A DNA stretch of 64,000 nucleotides. Origin: Octopus sinensis (taxonomy: Eukaryota). Where the stretch lies: NCBI RefSeq assembly GCF_006345805.1, contig NC_043012.1, forward strand, positions 20,274,001 to 20,338,000, given 5' to 3'. Of this stretch, positions 57,421 to 64,000 are shown one piece after another. The position numbers and the translations under genes are program-made. The notes beneath the pieces were generated by a model. It was not told where the DNA came from and did no database searches. It saw only the letters and a list, made by a program, of their open reading frames with translations. Numbering within the stretch: position 1 is the stretch's first letter; every line of letters begins with the position of its first letter.

Positions 57421-59177
57421 ATAGAATGAGTCACAGCGTGTGTACTTTTATAAATTCGTTTAATCTTTTGAAAGATTACGTCGGAAGAAATTTATTATAA
57501 AGTCACTGCATTAGAATAAAAACAAATTCAAAATAAATTATAATTAATGTTGTTTTTGTTTCTTTAGGAAGTTTTCATAAACATGTGTGTGACCTTGTAA
57601 TTATAGTGACCGGGTTACAATCAAGAGACATCGAGTTTCATTCCTTGACTAAGTGGTACGTTGTGTCTTTGAGAAAGACACTTTGTCATGTTGCTGGAGT
57701 TTGTTAAGCAAGAAAAATGTGCATCACCTGAATAATTATGTAGCTCTTTCTATCATCTTCGAGTACTAACATCCATGCTGTCCCATGAGTGCAAATGGAT
57801 ACGTAATTTGTTTATATCTGATCACGACTCCATAGCTACCTAATACGATGAATGAAAACATGGTAATATTACTGTTATATTCGCTTTTGTTTGAATAACG
57901 CTTATAATTTTTTTTAATTTTTGTACGTGCATATAAAGCCTAGTATTTACATCTACTTCAATATATATATATATATATATATATCAGTATCATATATTGC
58001 ATCTACAGTATTCTAGAAACAAATTTAACGTTAACTTCATCTCGTAAGAGGTAAAACTAGAGTTTTCCTTATTTTTATATCCATACCGGAAATAAGACCT
58101 TCAAGTGAGATATATTAAATCTTTCAGCCAATCAATAACCCACAGTTTGCAGAAATACTAAGAACGATAATACTAGATATGTTTATCTCCAATATTTTAT
58201 TTTGAATAGTTTTATGTAAAGTAATAATGGTTTTATTGGACGTAAGAAATTATAGACTTCCGAAAATTACGGGTCATCTGTATGGCTTTCCGATATTTTC
58301 TAATACCTACTGTATACTAGAGTGTCTACACAAAAACTACTGTAATGTCCCATGTTATTACGGAAGTTTCTAACAAATAAATTACTGTTGGTAGGCTTGT
58401 CAATTGTTTCATTCCAAACGAAGAATAAAGTTTCAAGAATGTTTGGAAAGAAGCCACAGCGAGAATGTTCTTTTAATATCTGCGGTTGCTCAATGTGAAG
58501 ACATTAAATTGACACTCGAGTATATGTCAATGGTACTTCTAGGAGACGTTAAAACGAAAGTTGTTAAAATGTCTTCTAATCGATGATATTCTATGTTAAA
58601 TCTAAGATACAGTAAAAAAAAAAAATAATAATAATCCAGATGTGGCTAAAGGAAGAATTAATGTATTTTACTGTTTGCAAATTTGATGTCCAAGGTCATG
58701 TGAATGAACACATAAACTTGCTGATAATAAACAAATGGTGGAAATGCATGTGTTAGACATTGTGACGACGAGAGAAAATTGATGGTTTAGTATTTTCGTT
58801 TGATTCTATGATATTGAATGGGCTAAAATTTACCATCATCAAATAACAGTTGTATTTCTTGTTAGATAAGTGGTCAATTCTAAAATATTCAGGAATATGT
58901 TGTATGCATATAGCATCAAGATATCTAGTATGAATCGACTTGCAATATTAAAAGTCTAGAAGATATATTTGATATGAAATGACGCCCATCTGTAGAACTT
59001 CTTCCTGTCAGCGTCGGTATTGTCAACGTCAATGAACAGAAGATTTAGCATTTCTTACGTATTAAGTGTAAACCGTAGACTTTTATTGACAAAACACAGT
59101 GTCATCCAACATTGATTTCGAATGGAATTTTATGAAGAAATATATATGGTATAACCAATACATATGTATATATATAT

Positions 59178-59209
<32 letters not shown>

Positions 59210-59548
59210 ATATATATATATATATATTGCTATACTCCCAGTTTGAATATGTGTTCCCTTTGAGCAAGCATAAAATGATACCTGAAATTGTCTTTATTGT
59301 ATTTCGATGTATATATATATATATATATATATACAATAATAAACAGATGAACTCGAGAGAATCTCAATATGGAAAACAGTTGCTTTTAAGTAATTTGAAT
59401 TTAAACTTCAATATTTTAGGTAGGAACATGTCAGCTGGCCAAAGCGCTTATAAGGAGACAAGGATTCAAATGAAGAGATAAAATATTTGTTTTGACGTTA
59501 TATATATATAAAGAGACGTCATACTTAAAATTTTCAGATTAACAATCA

Positions 59549-59636
<88 letters not shown>

Positions 59637-59978
59637 CGTGTGTGTGTGTCTGTGTGTGTTAAATTGAACTTACGTCGAAAGTCAACAAACTTTGCTTTAG
59701 AAACATTGAGATGTATTGAAAGATAAGGAAATAATTTTATTCTCAAACACAAGGTAATGCTAATAGCATAGCATAAACAGGAGAAACTATCCATATTTTG
59801 CAGACATATGTATTCATAAAGCAAACCTTACTCAGATAACATAGACTTAAATAATTAGAGAGGAGAAGTTACAAGTCCGAGAATTGTTTTCAGAGTTTTG
59901 AGTTACTTCATAACGCTGGCAGATGAAGTTGATCAAAAATGTTTGCAGCTAGAAATGGAAGGAAAGATTAGTAAACTC

Positions 59979-60204
59979 CAGAGCCTGCCTCAGGCCCATC
60001 GACATATATGCGAATCTGTCATCATAAGTAAGGCTGGATCTGATGTCTTGTTGTTTGCAAGACATCAGAGCCAGCCTCAGGCCCATCGACATATACGCGA
60101 ATCTGTCATCATAAGTGAGGCTGGATCTGATGTCTTGTTGTTTGCAAGACATCAGAGCCAGCCTCAGGCCCATCGACATATACGCTATTCTGTCCTCATA
60201 AGTG
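59979..60204. repeat. 87-bp tandem repeat (2.6 units) forming two 22-bp hairpins
   Basis: Units at 59979, 60066 and 60153; tgaggctggatctgatgtcttg-ttgtttg-caagacatcagagccagcctca. Confidence 0.92.
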
Positions 60205-60699
60205 ACACATTACCAATACTGTATAAAAATATTTCATACTTGGCAGAACTGGAAGGCCACTGTTACTTCAAACGTACTATGGAAATGTAGGCGTGTCCAT
60301 GTGTGTGTATCGGAAGTATGCGCTCGATGGCATCAGTAGCTTTATATGTAAAAAGGAGTAACACTAGAGCAACAGCAGTATGTATGGGAGTCTATAAAAA
60401 TAAATACATGCAAATATATAAATATTTGGACTAACAAACACTCCATTGATTGGTTAACTAGCCCATTACACAAACGAACTCATAGTTGGTTGTTTAGAAA
60501 CGTATCTAATCACCTAAGAATAAGGCACTCTTATTGAACCAGTGCATGCATTGTTATTCCTGTCCTAATGACTTCTCACAAAAAAAACAATATATATTGA
60601 AGGATACACTCAGTGAAGATCAGTTGCTAAAATTTGTATCATAGACCAACTTCCTGCCTTACAGCAAAAATAAAACTGAAAATAAAAATGAAGACCATG

Positions 60700-61074
60700 A
60701 ACCATCATTGAGAAAATAAAGGGAACTTTGATCGATAACATTTTGAACATATTGTATAAATCCAGGTGTCCTCTTAGTGTCTGAGTGTTGTGAACGTCTT
60801 CTTTTTTTGGGGATGCAGGTGAAACGTTGCCATCACATGCCTCCAATTCCAACCGAACTTTGTGTACAAATCCTCTTGCAACATTTAGAGAGTTGCTAAG
60901 TTTCTAAATCACTGTAATTCGCATCATAGCAACTATGACTGCATGTCTTTTCATTTCTTGAGTTAGCAAGATATCTTAAAAGTGTTAACTGAATAAAAAA
61001 AAAGATACACTAAATAATCTAAAGGTATAATTAACTAAAAACGAAGTATCCTGAATTACCACTCGCATCCTGTA
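60700..61074 (-). mobile_element. Tc1/mariner superfamily (DD37D/maT-like) 5' fragment
   Basis: End reads ta-caggatgcgagtggtaattcagg; N-terminal HTH-like remnants MKRHAVIVA...LNVARGFVHKVRLELEACDGNVSP; subfamily assignment is from recall. Confidence 0.55.
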
Positions 61075-61425
61075 TATATATATATATATATGTATGTACA
61101 TATATATATGTAGATAGATAGATAGATACATACATACATACACACATACATACATACATACATACTTAAACAGATAGATAATGTTAATGTGTGTGTGTAT
61201 ATATAAGTACTAGGCTTAAGAAATAAGTCGTTAAGTCGATTTGTTCGCCTAAAATCCTCAAAGTCAGTGATCCAGCATAGCCGCAGTCAAATCCATGAAA
61301 CAATCATAAGAATAAGAGAAGATATATATATATATATTAATCAAAGAAATTCCAACTTTGGTTTTTCACGTTTAATTTACAATCTTTTAATAATATAATA
61401 TAATATAATGAAATGACAGAATATT

Positions 61426-61548
61426 ATTGAACTAGGACTTTCATGCATTAAACTATGCAATCTTCATGTTCATATAAGAGTGGCTGTCGTGAACAATTAT
61501 ATGAACCCGAGGACTGCATAGTTTATTGAATGAAAGTACTAGTTCAGT
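61426..61548. repeat. Inverted repeat (~52-bp arms); each arm is a decayed hammerhead
   Basis: Plus arm: gaac ccgagga ctgcatagtttattgaat gaaa gtac ta gttc. Minus arm: gaac atgaaga ttgcatagtttaatgcat gaaa gtcc ta gttc. Confidence 0.75.
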
Positions 61549-61664
61549 GAGAATGGACATTGTAAATAATACATGAAAATCAATGTTGCAATTTCTTTGA
61601 TTAATACATTCTTTTATACACAATCATACACACCCGTGTATAATGTATACATACATACAGACAG

Positions 61665-61718
<54 letters not shown>

Positions 61719-61941
61719 TTCGAGACAAAACCACTATTTTGTACATCTTTAAATATGAGAACTTTAATAATAGGTATCTTTATATTCAATTGTTTATAGG
61801 GTTTGTTTTAGATTATATGTTGATTATATATAGATTATATATAGATTATATATAGATTATATATATTTATATTCTTTCATTGATAAATTTATATTATTTT
61901 AATTTTATATTTTAAAATATTTATATTTTTAGATCGGAAAT

Positions 61942-61985
61942 CCACCTGACGAATGTCATTTGAAGACATGAAACAATTGTAGTGG
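61942..61985 (+). ncRNA. Type I minimal hammerhead ribozyme, canonical core
   Basis: ccac CTGACGA atgtc-atttgaa-gacat GAAA c-aatt-g TA gtgg; all core positions intact; GUA site; palindromic CAATTG helix III. Confidence 0.88.
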
Positions 61986-62170
61986 CGATTTATTTACTTT
62001 ATATTAAAATTTTTTATGTATCGATTAAGTCTTTCCTTGTTTGATTTGCAAAATAGTGGTTTTGTCTCGAATTAATATTATATAATATTTTACTATAAAA
62101 TTGGATTTAATCCTAAATCTGATTTTTTTTCCCTGTAATTTTGGATTTATTCCCTAATATTTATTATTAG

Positions 62171-62220
<50 letters not shown>

Positions 62221-62223
<3 letters not shown>

Positions 62224-62289
62224 GTTAAATTTATATTTAATATAGGATAAAATTTTCGAAAATTTTTCTCCATGGCCAGCAATGATATT

Positions 62290-62346
<57 letters not shown>

Positions 62347-62409
62347 AAATTTATATTTAATATAGTATAAAATTTTCGAAAATTTTTCTCCATGGCCAGC
62401 AATGATATT

Positions 62410-62410
<1 letters not shown>
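62221..62410. repeat. Two copies of a 70-bp unit separated by (TA)n
   Basis: tatgttaaatttatatttaatatag.ataaaattttcgaaaatttttctccatggccagcaatgatattt at 62221 and 62341. Confidence 0.9.
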
Positions 62411-62461
<51 letters not shown>

Positions 62462-63687
62462 CCAGAGATCTTACTGTGATTATACATTTTGCCATCTATA
62501 TACCTGTTTAGAGAGTCTAACTGAACAAACAATTCATTGAATTTTGAAATCCCAGTCAACTCAGATCTGTTAATTAGTTTGCCTCCAGCAAGTGTCTAGA
62601 TTCCCAATTGAATAAATGTTTTATTCTATATTTTCCCGTTGACAACAAAAGATTCAAATACTACTGATGTGTAAGTAATTACGGCCGAACGTGCGTATTT
62701 GCGTATATGGATACCTGCGTGTGTGTATTGATTGATTTATTGCAAGATGCGCGTGCTTTGGTTTGATTTTCATGATTTACTTCTAGGTAAAAAAGGATAT
62801 GTGTAATCACATTTCATTTCTCTTGTAATTTCGTTATGATATAAGAATGCTGGAGCACTTTCCATTGTAAATTTATTATCATTTTCTTTTGCAATTCGTA
62901 TATTTTTTTATTTTATTTTACTGTTTATTATCATTACAATACTATTTGGCCATTGAAATTGTCATACGTAAAAAGTTACAAAAGATATTGAAACTATCAA
63001 GGGAAATAAAAATTGTCACGTATCAAAGTCATTGAGACTACATTAAAGATTATTCAATTCCCATATTCAGCAACAGAAAGACCTCACCTTTTAGAGATGG
63101 TACCTTTAAACGTATAATAAAAAATATTTAAAGTATTATTTTCGTGAGATTTGTATTAATTCATTATTGATAGAATATTATATCTATCTATTATCAACAT
63201 TTGACACCCCAACTCCAAACCTCAAAATATATTCTTGTTCCTCTTGTCACTATCTGAGCAAAGTTTTCATTTTCTGCAGAAATCAGTATCTACGATTAAT
63301 AGAAACGAATTTTTGTGATACATTTTCACACTGAGTATTTTATTTTGCTGTCTCCATAAAACCTTCGAAAACGCAATATTTTACATCTACATTAACCCGT
63401 TATATTTTAGAAATGTCTTATCTCAAAGCTGTAAAATAAATAGAAAAATTCATTTAAATAGATCAGAAATATACATAACAACATATAGATATGTATTTTC
63501 ATGTATCTGAGTGTTTGAGTATGCGTATGTGTGTGTGTGTGTGTGTGTGGTGTGTGTGTGTGTCTGCAAGTCTATACACACACAAAGACACACATAGAAA
63601 CATATATTTTGTTGTGTGTATGTATGTGTGTATGGAAACACACATACATATATATATATATGAATATGTATGTATATATATTTATAC

Positions 63688-63729
<42 letters not shown>

Positions 63730-64000
63730 TGTGTGTGTGGTGTATGTGTGTGTGTGTGTGTATACAAGTATGTGTCTCTGCATGGTGGTGTATGATTCGG
63801 AACAGAAAGACATTAAAAAATCGCATATCACATTTACAAGTTCATTTCCAAATACCACCAAAATTCTATGTTATCTAGTAAAATCCAAAATAGGTTTCCA
63901 TAGACGACTTAAGAATGAGTATGCATGAATTTTCTAGATGCAGTTGACAGATAAATGCAGTGTTCCGTTTCATTCATTAGCAATATATTATTTCAAATAG

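Noticed and set aside
59979-60204. CRISPR-like repeat/spacer look, and the 130-aa ORF 59898-60290
   Set aside because: The spacers are copies of each other, the context is eukaryotic and no cas genes are present; the ORF is open mainly because the 87-bp unit is a multiple of 3

Overview
AT-rich, microsatellite-saturated eukaryotic DNA with no intact gene. The (TA)n/(CA)n/(TACA)n/(TAA)n density and the SINE families suggest an octopus-type cephalopod genome (inference from recall, not a search). Nearly all supplied ORFs are microsatellite artefacts. The window holds: several tRNA-derived SINE families; two decayed mariners with TIRs; Tc1 and DD37D-like fragments; a non-autonomous Helitron; a rearranged L1/Tx1 LINE; three R4/Dong-type 3' ends in (TAA)n; and two decayed Penelope-like elements (PLEs). 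The most notable signal is a set of type I minimal hammerhead ribozymes from at least four sequence-unrelated small non-coding elements, each in or beside (TA)n. They include a retrozyme-like 366-bp tandem unit with an inverted arm (47185-48214), a fully canonical hammerhead (61942-61985) and an inverted pair of decayed hammerheads (61426-61548). Also present are an 87-bp tandem repeat that builds 22-bp hairpins, a 380-bp fold-back, and two phase-compatible candidate exons of an unknown minus-strand gene.
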